DNA of 63,977 bases, filler included, from Reclinomonas americana ATCC 50394 (Eukaryota), in NCBI GenBank assembly GCA_048213135.1. It is 6 parts of 5 records of this genome, joined end to end, with 100 filler letters (N's around TTAATTAATTAA, not from the genome) between each part and the next. Parts side by side here need not be neighbours in the genome. Positions count along the whole stretch, not along the records: positions 1 to 31,722 come from PS015341.1; positions 31,823 to 40,185 come from PS015342.1; 4 more parts are not named here. One strand, given 5' to 3'. The notes under the pieces were generated by a model that searched no databases, was not told the DNA's origin, and saw only the letters and a program-made list of their open reading frames with translations. Made by a program: the position numbers and the translations under genes. Positions 23,647 through 34,221 of the stretch are shown here, piece by piece. The number at the start of each line of letters is the position of its first letter. Position 1 is the stretch's first letter.

Positions 23647-23947
23647 TCGTGGTGCAGTGGGCCTCTCTTGGTAAAGAGCGACCTCCCTGCATTCTTCCCT
23701 CTTTTCTTGCTCCCTCGTTTCTCCTCCCTTTTCACAGTCTGTCCGTTTTCACGAAAGTCTCTCTCGAGGCATTCACGCTCTCTTGTGAACGCAACGGGTG
23801 ATCTACCGCTGCTTCCGTTTCCGTTCAGTAAACTCTGTCATGTTCATCACCCAGCGTTGACGAGCGACGACCTAAGTCTCCGGCAAGATCGATATGTCCC
23901 TGCCGTGGAGGACAAGCGACAAATCACGAGTCACGCACACACACATC

Positions 23948-25051
23948 ATGTCTTCTCCTCCTCCACCACCCTCTCTCCCCTGCAAGTGCCTTAGCGGACA
24001 CACAAACTGTGTGTACTCCGTCGCCATCACACCTGATGGCATGCACATTGTGAGTGGTGGAGCCGACCAGACCTTGCGCATCTGGTCAGTGGAGAGCGGA
24101 GAAGAGCTGCGACGATTCGACGGACACACTAACTGGGTGCTCGCTGTCGCCGTCGCTCCCAATGGTCAGCACATCGTGAGCGGGAGCGCTGACATGACGG
24201 CGCGAGTGTGGTCTCTGGCGAGCGGAAAAGAGGAACGGCGACTGGAAGGACACTTTGCGTGGGTTTTATCTGCCGTCGTCACTCCAGATGGCCAGCACAT
24301 CGTGAGCGGAGGCCAGGATATGACTGCGCGAGTGTGGTCACTGGCGAGCGGAAAAGAGGTGCGACGACTGGAGGGACACACTCACATCGTGTATTCAGTC
24401 ACTCTCTCCCCCGATGGTCAGCATGTCGTGAGCGGAGGTGGAGATGGGACAGTGCGGGTGTGGTCTCTGGAGAGTGGCGAGGAAGTGCGACGGTTTGAGG
24501 GACACATTGGCTGGGTGCGGTCAGTCGCTGTTACTCCTGACGGACAGCATGTTGTGAGTGGGAGTGCTGACACCACGGTCCGGGTGTGGTCGCTGGCGAG
24601 CGGAGAGGGAGCGCGACGGATTGGGGGACACTCGGGTATCGTGTGGTCAGTCACCGTCACTCCCGACGGCCAACATGCTATCAGCGGAAGTCGAGATATG
24701 ACAGTGCGAGTGTGGTCACTGGCAACTGGTGAGGAGATGCGACGGTTGGAGGGGCACACTCGCGATGTGTATTCCGTCGCTGTCTCCACCGACGGTCGCC
24801 TCGTTGTGAGTGCGGGTGGCCAGGACATGAGTGTGCGGGTGTGGTCCACTCCATTTGGGCTCGCTGAGGAGGAGCTCGACTGTGCGCGGACGGCCATGCG
24901 CATCGTGCAGGAGATGCAGCAAGACTGCGAAGGAGATGGCGACGATGAGGATCCTCGTTGCTTGGTGGAGATTGTGCTGCGCTGCTTCCTGGTGGAGGAA
25001 GCAGAGGTCGTGGTTTATCGGTGCTTTACCAACGGCAGTCTCGGACTGTGA
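23948..25051 (+). CDS. WD40 array gene 10
   Basis: MSSPPPPPSLPCKCLSGH, 7 repeats, conserved tail. Confidence 0.95.
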   Translation: MSSPPPPPSLPCKCLSGHTNCVYSVAITPDGMHIVSGGADQTLRIWSVESGEELRRFDGHTNWVLAVAVAPNGQHIVSGSADMTARVWSLASGKEERRLEGHFAWVLSAVVTPDGQHIVSGGQDMTARVWSLASGKEVRRLEGHTHIVYSVTLSPDGQHVVSGGGDGTVRVWSLESGEEVRRFEGHIGWVRSVAVTPDGQHVVSGSADTTVRVWSLASGEGARRIGGHSGIVWSVTVTPDGQHAISGSRDMTVRVWSLATGEEMRRLEGHTRDVYSVAVSTDGRLVVSAGGQDMSVRVWSTPFGLAEEELDCARTAMRIVQEMQQDCEGDGDDEDPRCLVEIVLRCFLVEEAEVVVYRCFTNGSLGL

Positions 25052-25088
25052 TCGTGGTGCAGCGAGTTTCGCCTGTTATGGAAGAGTG

Positions 25089-25119
<31 letters not shown>

Positions 25120-25401
25120 CCTCCCTCCCTCCCTCCCTCCCTCCCTCCCTCCCTCCCTCCCTCTTTCCCTCGTTCCTCCTCCCTTTTCACAGTTTGTCCG
25201 TTTTCACGATAGTCCCTCTCGAGGCATTCCCCCTCTCTTGTGAACGCAACGGGGATCTATCCCGCTGCTTCCGTTTCCGTTCAGTAAACTCCGCCAAGTT
25301 GCATCACCCAGCGTTGACGAGCGACGACGCAAGTCTCCGGCAAGAAATGTCCCCGCCGTGGAGGACAAGCACTGACCTCTCACACGCACCTCACGCACAT
25401 C

Positions 25402-26499
25402 ATGTCCTCTCCTCCTCCCCCGCCCTCTCTCCCCTGCAAGTACCTGCGCGGGCACGCAAACAGTGTGTACTCCGTCGCCGTCATTGCCGACGGCATGCAC
25501 ATTGTGAGTGGTGGAGCTGACAAGACCTTGCGCATCTGGTCAGTGGAGAGCGGAGAAGAGCTGCGACGGATGGAGGGTCACGCACTCGCAGTTATGTGTG
25601 TCGCCGTCACTCCCAACGGCCAGCATGTTGTGAGCGGAAGTGGTGACATGACGGTGCGGGTGTGGTCACTGGCGACTGGTGAGGAAGTGCAGCGGATGGA
25701 GGGGCATGCTGCGTGGGTATTTGCTGTCGCCATTACTCCTGATGGCCAGCACATCGTGAGTGGAGGCCAGGACAAGACAGTGCGGGTGTGGTCACTGGCG
25801 AGCGGAGAGGAGGTGCGGCGATTGGAGGGACACACTAACTCTGTGTGGTCTGTTGCCGTCACTCCCGATGGTCAGCATGTCGTGAGTGGCAGCCTTGACA
25901 CCACGGTGTGTGTGTGGTCTCTGGAGAGTGGCGAGGAAGTGCGACGGTTGGCGGGCCATACAAATGGGGTGCTGTCGGTCGCCATCACGCCAGACAGTTG
26001 CTTCATTGTGAGCGGTGGCGAGGACAGAATACTACGGCTGTGGTCGCTGACGAGTGAAGAGGAAGTGCGACGACTGGAGGGACACACTGACACCGTGTGG
26101 TCAGTCAGCGTCACTCCCGACGGCCACCATGTAGTGAGCGGGAGCGGTGACAGAACTGTGCGAGTGTGGTCACTGGAGAGTGGTGAAGAGGTGCGACGGC
26201 TGGGGGGACACGCTGGTGATGTGTATGCTATCACCGTTGCACGTGACGGTGAGCACATTGTGAGTGGTGGCTTGGATACGACGGTGCGCTTGTGGTCGAC
26301 GCCGTGCGGGCTCGCTCAGCAGGAGCTCAAGTTCGCGCGAACGGCTATGTGCATCGTGCAGGAGATGCAGCAAGAAGTGGAAGAGGGTGACGATGAGAAT
26401 CCACGATGCCTGGGTGAGATTGTGCTGCGCTGTTTCCTGGTGGAGGAGGCAGAGGTTGTCGTCCATCGGTGCTTCACTGGCAGCAGTCTCCGACTGTGA
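25402..26499 (+). CDS. WD40 array gene 11
   Basis: 365-aa ORF, 7 repeats, conserved tail. Confidence 0.95.
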   Translation: MSSPPPPPSLPCKYLRGHANSVYSVAVIADGMHIVSGGADKTLRIWSVESGEELRRMEGHALAVMCVAVTPNGQHVVSGSGDMTVRVWSLATGEEVQRMEGHAAWVFAVAITPDGQHIVSGGQDKTVRVWSLASGEEVRRLEGHTNSVWSVAVTPDGQHVVSGSLDTTVCVWSLESGEEVRRLAGHTNGVLSVAITPDSCFIVSGGEDRILRLWSLTSEEEVRRLEGHTDTVWSVSVTPDGHHVVSGSGDRTVRVWSLESGEEVRRLGGHAGDVYAITVARDGEHIVSGGLDTTVRLWSTPCGLAQQELKFARTAMCIVQEMQQEVEEGDDENPRCLGEIVLRCFLVEEAEVVVHRCFTGSSLRL

Positions 26500-26821
26500 T
26501 CGTGACGCAGTGGGCCTCTCTTGGCAGGGAAGAGCGTCCTTCTCATTTTCTCTCTCTCCTTGCCTGCATTCTTCCCTCTATTCTTGCTCAGTCTTCTCAC
26601 GAGTTTATCTGTGGTGATTTCCTGCCTCTCCCACTCTTTTGTGAACGCAGTGAGAATGTATTCCGCTGCTGCATTCTCCGCACAGTAAACTCTGTCATTG
26701 CATCACCCAGCTGGTCGCTGACGTGCTTCGTCTTCGACAACATATGTCCCTTCTCCGGAGGACAAGCGACAAATCATATCACGCACTCTCTGACCTCTCA
26801 CACGCACTGCGCTCTCACACC

Positions 26822-27922
26822 ATGTCCTCTCCACCTCCACCACCCTCTCTCCCCTGCAAGTGTCTGTGCGGACACACAGACAATGTGTACACCGTCGCCG
26901 TCACTGCTGATGGGCTGCACTTTGTGAGTGGTGGAGCCGACAAGACCTTGCGCATCTGGTCAGTGGAGAGCGGAGAAGAGCTGCGACGATTGGAGGGACA
27001 CACAAACGTAGTAATGTGCGTCACCATCACTCCCGATGGTCAGCATGTTGTTAGCGCGAGCGCTGATAGAACCGTGCGAGTGTGGTCTCTGGCGAGTGGA
27101 GAAGAGGTGCAGCGACTGGAAGGACACACTGCATGGGCGGTATCTGCCGTCGTCACTCCTGATGGCCAGCACATCGTGAGCGGAAGCCAGGACAAGACAG
27201 TGCGGCTGTGGTCACTGGCGAGTGGAGATGAGCTGCGACGATTGGAAGGGCACACTAACGCCGTGCATTCAGTCGCTGTCACCCCCGACGGGCAGCATGT
27301 CGTCAGTGGCAGCCTTGACACCACGGTGCGCGTGTGGACTCTGGTGAGTGGTGAAGAGGTGCGACGGTTGGTGGGTCATACCGACGCTGTGCGGTCAGTC
27401 GCCGTCACTCCCGATGGTCAGCATGTTGTGAGTGGGAGTGGAGACAACACGGTCCGGGTATGGTCGCTGGCGAGCGGAGAGGAAGTGCGACGGATCGGGG
27501 GACACTGGGGTATCGTGTGGTCAGTCACCGTCACTCCCGACGGCCAACATGCTATCAGCGGAAGTCGAGATATGACAGTGCGAGTGTGGTCGCTGGCGAG
27601 TGGCGAGGAGGTGCGACGGTTGGAGGGGCACACTCGTGATGTGTATTACGTCGCTGTCTCCCCCGACGGTTGCCACATTGCGAGTGCAGGTGGTCAGGAC
27701 ATGAGTGTGCGGGTGTGGTCAACTCCATTTGGGCTCGCTCAGGAGGAGCTCGACTGTGCGCGGACGGCCATGTGCATCGTGCAGGAGATGCAACAAGATG
27801 TGGAAGGGAGTGATGAGGAGGAGCAGCGCTGCTTGGTGGAGATTGTGCTGCGGTGCTTTGTGGTGGAGGAAGCAGAGGTTGTTGTCTATCGGTGCTTCAC
27901 CGACAGCAGTCTCCGACTGTGA
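26822..27922 (+). CDS. WD40 array gene 12
   Basis: MSSPPPPPSLPCKCLCGH, 7 repeats, conserved tail. Confidence 0.95.
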   Translation: MSSPPPPPSLPCKCLCGHTDNVYTVAVTADGLHFVSGGADKTLRIWSVESGEELRRLEGHTNVVMCVTITPDGQHVVSASADRTVRVWSLASGEEVQRLEGHTAWAVSAVVTPDGQHIVSGSQDKTVRLWSLASGDELRRLEGHTNAVHSVAVTPDGQHVVSGSLDTTVRVWTLVSGEEVRRLVGHTDAVRSVAVTPDGQHVVSGSGDNTVRVWSLASGEEVRRIGGHWGIVWSVTVTPDGQHAISGSRDMTVRVWSLASGEEVRRLEGHTRDVYYVAVSPDGCHIASAGGQDMSVRVWSTPFGLAQEELDCARTAMCIVQEMQQDVEGSDEEEQRCLVEIVLRCFVVEEAEVVVYRCFTDSSLRL

Positions 27923-27960
27923 TCGTGGTGCAGTGAACTTCACGTGGCATGGAAGAGTGA

Positions 27961-28006
<46 letters not shown>

Positions 28007-28234
28007 NNNNNNNNNNNNNNNNNNNNNNNNNNNNNNNNNNNNNNNNNNNNNNNNNNNNNNNNNNNNNNNNNNNNNNNNNNNNNNNNNNNNNNNNNNNNNN
28101 NNNNNNNNNNNNNNNNNNNNNNNNNNNNNNNNNNNNNNNNNNNCGTACCGTACGTACCGTACGTACCGTACGTCGTCGTACGTCGGTCGTCGTACGTACG
28201 TAACGTACGTACGTCGTACGTAGTAGTAGTAGTG

Positions 28235-28309
<75 letters not shown>

Positions 28310-28563
28310 GTCTGTCTGTGTGTGTTGTTGCCAGTTTCTCGTCATGTTTGTATGGTATGTGTTCGTCTTCTTGTCTCCCTCCATTTGCAGTGTTGCCTTC
28401 CCTGCTGCTTCAGTTTCCGTGCAGTAAAGAACACAGTCATTGCTTCACCAGCGGGTTGCTGACTTGCTTTTTTCGACAACATGTGTCCCTGCCGTGGAGG
28501 ACAAGCAACACACACCGACACTCTCTCTCTCTCTCTCTCGTACGTACCTCTCTTACACGCACC

Positions 28564-29658
28564 ATGTCCTCTCCTCCTCCTCCACCCTCTCTCCCCAGCA
28601 AGTGCCTGCGCGGACACACAAACAGTGTGTACTCCATTGCTGTCACTCCCGACGGCATGCACATTGTGAGTTGTGGAGCCGACATGTCAGTGCGAGTGTG
28701 GTCAGTGGAGAGTGGCGCAGAAGTGCAACGATTGATGGGTCACACGCGCGTCGCAATGTGTGTCGCCCTCACTCCTAACGGCCAGCACATTGTCAGTGGT
28801 GGTCGGGATTTCACTGTGCGAGTGTGGTCTCTGGCGAGTGGTGACGAAGTGCGGCTTTTGAAAGGTCACACTGACACTGTGTTCTCTGTCACTGTCACCC
28901 CCGACGGTCAGCATGTCGTGAGCGGCAGCTTCGATACAAATGTGCGAGTGTGGTCACTGGCGAGTGGAGACGAGGTGCGACGATTGGAGGGACACTCGGG
29001 TATCGTGTGGTCTGTCGCCGTCACCCCCGACAGTCAGCATGTCGTGAGCGGAAGTGGAGATAAAACCATTCGCGTGTGGTCTGTGAGGAGCGGGGAGGAA
29101 GTGCGCCGGTTTGTGGGGCACACTCACTTGGTGCGGTCAGTCGCTGTCACTCCCGACGGGCAGCATGTGGTGAGCGGTGGTCGGGACCTCACGGTCCGGG
29201 TGTGGTCGCTGGTAACAGGCGAGGAAGTGCAGCGGCTGGAGGGGCATACGAGTGAGGTGAGCTCTCTCGCCGTCTCCACCGACGGCCAACATGTTGTGAG
29301 CGGAGGTCGAGATATGACAGTGCGAGTGTGGTCGCTGGCGAGCGGAGAGGAGGAGCGACGGTTGGAGGGACACTCTGGTCCGGTGTATTCTGTCGCTGTC
29401 TCCCTCGACGGTCGCCACATTGCGAGTGCGGGTGGCCAGGACATGACTGTCCGGGTGTGGTCCACTCCCTTTGATCTCGCGCAGCAGGAGCTCGACTGTA
29501 CTCGCTCGGCCATGCGCGTCGTGCAAGAGATGCAACAAGGCGTGGAAGGGGGTGACGAGGATGAGCAGCGCTGCCTGGTGGAGATTGTGCTGCGGTGCTT
29601 TGTGGTGGAGGAGGCGGAGGTGGTCGTCCATCGGTGCTTTACCGGTAGCCGATTGTGA
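28564..29658 (+). CDS. WD40 array gene 13
   Basis: MSSPPPPPSLPSKCLRGH, 7 repeats, tail ending FTGSRL*. Confidence 0.95.
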   Translation: MSSPPPPPSLPSKCLRGHTNSVYSIAVTPDGMHIVSCGADMSVRVWSVESGAEVQRLMGHTRVAMCVALTPNGQHIVSGGRDFTVRVWSLASGDEVRLLKGHTDTVFSVTVTPDGQHVVSGSFDTNVRVWSLASGDEVRRLEGHSGIVWSVAVTPDSQHVVSGSGDKTIRVWSVRSGEEVRRFVGHTHLVRSVAVTPDGQHVVSGGRDLTVRVWSLVTGEEVQRLEGHTSEVSSLAVSTDGQHVVSGGRDMTVRVWSLASGEEERRLEGHSGPVYSVAVSLDGRHIASAGGQDMTVRVWSTPFDLAQQELDCTRSAMRVVQEMQQGVEGGDEDEQRCLVEIVLRCFVVEEAEVVVHRCFTGSRL

Positions 29659-29907
29659 GCTGCAATAAACAGTTGGAGAACGCGAAAGCTTTCTTCTTTC
29701 TCTTCATTGTAAGCAAGCGGGTACATACATTTTTTGGTTCATATTCTTTCCTTGACAGGGTAACGATAAGTGTGCGTGTGTACAAGCAGAAGAAGCAAAA
29801 GCAGAAAGGGGGAAGGAAACAGCGGCAGCGAGAAAGCGAAAACAAAGCGACCAACACCAAGGCCTCCTGACAAGCAGGCGGGCGGGCATGCATGCTGTTG
29901 ATCCACA

Positions 29908-31140
29908 TTAGCGAGGGAGATCGCGGATAAAGCTCGTGTCCTCCGATGCACCGGCAATGAACGGATGCGCCAGCAGCTCCGCAGCCGTCGCGCGTTGCTG
30001 TGGCAGCTTGGCCAGGCAGCGAGCCAAAAAGTCGCGGAACTCGGGCGTCCAGCGACTGGCATCCTTCAGCGTTGGGGGTGGTTGTGTGGCGATCACGAAG
30101 AGGGCCTGCCGAAAAAAAGAAGGGATGAGTGGACAAGGGAGCGAGGGAGGAAGGGAGGAGGAGGGGGGATATAGCACACAAGGGAGGAGCACGAGGACAG
30201 GTCCGCAATCACAACACTTGGATGAGCGCGCCAAACACGCATGGACTGAAATTCGCACACGCAGAAAGGAAAGTTGCTAAACACTGCACTCTCCACCGCC
30301 CACGCAACTCGCAGCGGCGGCAAGTCCAACAGCGGTGGCTCGCCCTCGGCCAACTCCAGCGCCATAATGCCCATGCTCCAAATGTCCACTTTTGTGTCGT
30401 AGTCGATGCCACGAATCACCTCCGGCGCCATCCAGTACGGTGTGCCGACCACTGAACGGCGCTTCTGAGCACCCTCCGTGAGCTCCGCGCAGAAACCAAA
30501 GTCCGCTGCGAGCGTCGAGAGAAGAGTAAGTAACCGTGCGATGCACACGTCCCTGAGAAGGGATACGGGCAAGGAGAAGGAACATATAACGCCCTTTCCC
30601 AATTTAAACTCACCAACTTTGATCTCTCCCCTCGCACCCAGCAACACATTGTCACTCTTGATATCACGATGGACCAGCTGTGCCTCGTGCAAGTAGCCCA
30701 GTCCGCGCAACGAATGCAAGCACACAGTGGCAATCTCCGCCTCACTGAACCGGTGCGGAATAATCGCGTCGGTCAGCTTGCCGCCTTGCATGAACTCCAT
30801 CACCAGCTGTGTGTGCGTGTGGGGGTTTTCGAGGATTGAGTCAGCCATCAAAGCGACAGTGAGGAGCAGCAGCGCTTCTACGCACCCACAGATCCGAGCC
30901 CTTCGAGTACGATCCAATGTACTTCACAATGTTGGGGTGCACGCATGTCTGCAGAATGGCAATCTCGTTCTCCAGCGACTCCAGCTTGGTGTCGGCACGA
31001 ATCTGAATGATCTTGATGGCCACCACCGTTTCGTCGCGACTGTCGACACCGCGGTACACGGCACCGCTCGAGCCCTCGTCCAGCTTCACCAAGTTGGTGA
31101 AGATGCGATCGGGTTCCTCAGGGGACAGCAGGTCGGCTGC
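29908..31140 (-). CDS. PAK/STE20-family Ser/Thr kinase, catalytic-domain exons (5' end missing)
   Basis: Motifs EGSSGAVY, VAIK, LVMEFMQGGKLTD, VHRDIKSDNVLL, ADFGFCAEL, RRSVVGTPYWMAPE, EGEPP...PPLR|ALFVIAT. Four exons with GT-AG introns. Confidence 0.95.
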
Positions 31141-31613
31141 GGCGAGCAAGTGAGAGAAGGGCAGAAGGGATAGGTGGAGGAGAGGGAGTAAGGGGAGAGA
31201 GAGGAAGGGGAGGGAGAGGAAGGGGAGGGAGTAAGGGGAGGGAGGAAGGCGAGGGAGGGGAGAGAGAGGAAGGGGAGGGAGTAAGGGGAGGGAGGAAGGG
31301 GAGGGAGGAAGGGGAGGGAGGAAGGGGAGGGAGGGGGAGAGAGAAGAGAGGGACAGGCTAATAGCTAGCGACACACACACGCGCGCACGCACGAAAAATA
31401 ATGAGATAGAGGAAGAAAGAGACACAGAGAGAGACTGATTGATGACGCTTTAACAAGAGAGAGGGAAACGGAGACAAGTCACGAACGCGGCTGAGAGACA
31501 GGCAGACGGGCAGAGAGAGACAGACAAGACACTGACTGACTGAGGCGGTAACAAGAGAGAGAGGGAAAGGGAGACAAGGCAAGACAACGGGGCTGAGAAA
31601 CAGGCAGACGGGC

Positions 31614-31713
<100 letters not shown>

Positions 31714-31766
31714 GAGACGAGANNNNNNNNNNNNNNNNNNNNNNNNNNNNNNNNNNNNNNNNNNNN

Positions 31767-31778
31767 TTAATTAATTAA
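31767..31778. other. Artificial scaffold-joining linker
   Basis: TTAATTAATTAA (stop codons in all six frames) flanked by 44 N on each side. Confidence 0.97.
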
Positions 31779-31855
31779 NNNNNNNNNNNNNNNNNNNNNN
31801 NNNNNNNNNNNNNNNNNNNNNNTCGGCCGCCGCACCGCCGTCGGGCACAGCAAGC

Positions 31856-32805
31856 ATGCGCTTCTCTCGCGACACTGCCGCCGACGAGGTCGTCATGCAC
31901 CTGGCGGCACGCATGGGCTGGCCCGCCGGCCAAGTCGCCCGTGTCAAGTCGCTCCTGGCCGACAGTTTCATCACCAATGTGCGTGGCTTGGTCGAGCTGC
32001 GCGACCACTTGCAAGAGTACGGCATCCCGCTGCCGGTGGTGCACATGTTGCGCAACTTTTTGGTCGAGCACGACCTGGTGACGTCGCGCACGCCCGACGC
32101 GCTGGCGCGCGACGCCATGGAGGAGGATCAGGAGTTTTGTGCNNNNNNNNNNNNNNNNNNNNNNNNNNNNNNNNNNNNNNNNNNNNNNNNNNNNNNNNNN
32201 NNNNNNNNNNNNNNNNNNNNNNNNNNNNNNNNNNNNNNNNNNNNNNNNNNNNNNNNNNNNNNNNNNNNNNNNNNNNNNNNNNNNNNNNNNNNNNNNNNNN
32301 NNNNNNNNNNNNNNNNNNNNNNNNNNNNNNNNNNNNNNNNNNNNNNNNNNNNNNNNNNNNNNNNNNNNNNNNNNNNNNNNNNNNNNNNNNNNNNNNNNNN
32401 NNNNNNNNNNNNNNNNNNNNNNNNNNNNNNNNNNNNNNNNNGGAGGTCGGCAATTTGAAGACCAAGTTGCGCGCCTGGGATCCCGACGAGTGCCTGCGAG
32501 AGACGGTCGACGCCAGTTGGCGGTGCCCGTTGACACACGAAATCATGGTCGACCCGGTCATCACCGCCGGTGGCTTCACGTACGAGCGCGCGGCGATTGA
32601 GACGTGGTTTGCACGAGGCCACATGACGGACCCGATGACCAACGATCGTCTCCACAGCACTGCCCTCATTCCCAATCGTGCACTGCGGTCCACGATTGAG
32701 CAGTGGCGTGAGGCGCGAGCGGCGGAGCGACTGGCCCAGGAGGAGCGGAGGTTCGCCGAGCCACCACTGGCGCCGCGTGCCATGTTGGCCGACGAGCAGC
32801 CGTGA
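31856..32805 (+). CDS. U-box E3 ubiquitin ligase with a possible SAM-like N-terminal helical domain; gap in the middle, start uncertain
   Basis: U-box consensus WRCPLTHEIMVDPVITAGGFTYERAAIETWF...TDPMTN..L....LIPNRALRSTIEQW. Upstream segment LLADSFITNVRGLVELRDHLQEYGIPLPVVHML looks SAM-like (tentative). Confidence 0.85.
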
Positions 32806-32966
32806 TCGAATGTGTTGTCTGTTGTGTGTATGTGCGTGTGTGTGTATCCTGTCGCCGACACCGCCCTCCACATCCTTCTCTTGTATACAAGCAGCATGCA
32901 GAGAGAAGAGTCGTGCGACAGTGAAACCGAGTGTGGTATTCTTTTTCATCTATCAATTATTATTAT

Positions 32967-34221
32967 TCATTGCTGCTCATCGCCATCATCTACTATCAAC
33001 AACTGGAACTCGTCACCGCCACCACTACCATTAGCATTGCCACGATGCTCTCCAGCGGCAGCCGTTCGAATTCGCGCTGCCTTCTCCTCGTCCTCCGCCT
33101 CCGCCTCCTCCACCATGTCAACCCACGTGTGCTCCCCCTCCTCCATTCGCTCCTGCTCCGCCGTCCACAGCGCCTGCCGCGCGACGCGAGTTGCGGCCTT
33201 CCACGGTTCACGATGTCGCTGCGAAAAGTACCCAAACAGCGCATCACGCATCCCGTCTTGCAACCTCCACTGCACAGGCACACTCTCCGACCGCACGACG
33301 GCGCCCAACGGATTATGCAGCGACGTCAGCCCCGCCACCAGGTCCTCGCCAACCACAGGCGCGCCAGCATTGCTGGCATGCATCGCCGGATCACCAATCT
33401 GGTTCACCACCGCCTCGACCACTTCGGAAGACACCCCGCTTTCGGTGGCGTTGGCGAGGGCCGCCAAGGCCAGGAGGAGGCGTCTCTCCAGTGGCTGCCA
33501 CGTCGACACGACCTCCTCAATGGCCGCCGGTGGCAACACGCGTGGGCCCAACAGGATTTGTGCCGCCACACTGCGTGCAGAAAGAAGTGAGCGCGCGGCA
33601 AGTCAGACGGTTTCTTTTTTTTGCAAACTCAACTTGAGTGCCGTGTTCCACTGCACCGGAAGCCGCACAGAGAAGTACGCCTCGATACTGGCCTCCGGCA
33701 ACAGCCGCGCGTAGTCATTGTCTTGCAGCACGACCGCGCCGAGTGAGTCTTGCATGTAGCGCAGACGGGCGAGAACGCGCTCCTGCGACAGTTCGCCACC
33801 GTGCAGCGAGAGGGAGAGGGTGTGACTGCACATAATCGATGTTGAGAGAACTGACGCAGCGCAGCATGAACGGGGCGACGCGCACCTGAATGGATCGGCA
33901 GTGTACGGAATCATGCGGCAAATGTGCTGAATCGATACGGGAGCTCGAACAGTCTGCGGGGAACAAAACGCTGCGTCGGAGAGAGAAACGGAGATGTAGA
34001 ACGCATGTCATGTACGAAACCTCGCACAGCGCCGCAATGACCAAGGCCAGTCGACGAGCCAAGCTGTCCCAGCTCAACAGAATCGCCTCCACGACGGACG
34101 GATTCACGCCAGCTGCAGGCAGGAGGGATGAGTGAGCAGCGGGCAAGCCACCCTCCACTGCTACTTCTGCTGCCGTACAAATCACGCTCACAACCTCGAT
34201 GCTGTTGGTGAGCGCAACGAC
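32967..34221 (-). CDS. Multi-exon coding region with two copies of an unrecognised ~130-aa domain; probably the 3' end of the membrane-protein gene at 35612-40080, or an adjacent paralog
   Basis: VEAILLSWDSLARRLALVIAAL...YFSVRLPVQWNTAL and IEEVVSTWQPLERRLLLALAAL...YFSQRHREPWKAA. Acidic C-terminus, stop at 32967. Confidence 0.6.

Noticed and set aside
28144..28232. CGTA/TACG-rich quasi-palindromic repeat inside the WD40 array
   Set aside because: It lies at a contig edge beside a CT microsatellite and follows the TACG flow order of pyrosequencing, so it is likely read-end noise.
11291..29658. 126-nt periodic repeats as a CRISPR-like or non-coding array
   Set aside because: The periodicity is fully explained by in-frame WD40 coding repeats. 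There is no repeat-spacer structure and no cas gene.
11423..29726. Recurring antisense and alternate-frame ORFs over the WD40 genes (…PLASDHTRTV…)
   Set aside because: Shadow ORFs of repetitive GC-rich coding sequence, with inconsistent starts and stops among paralogs.
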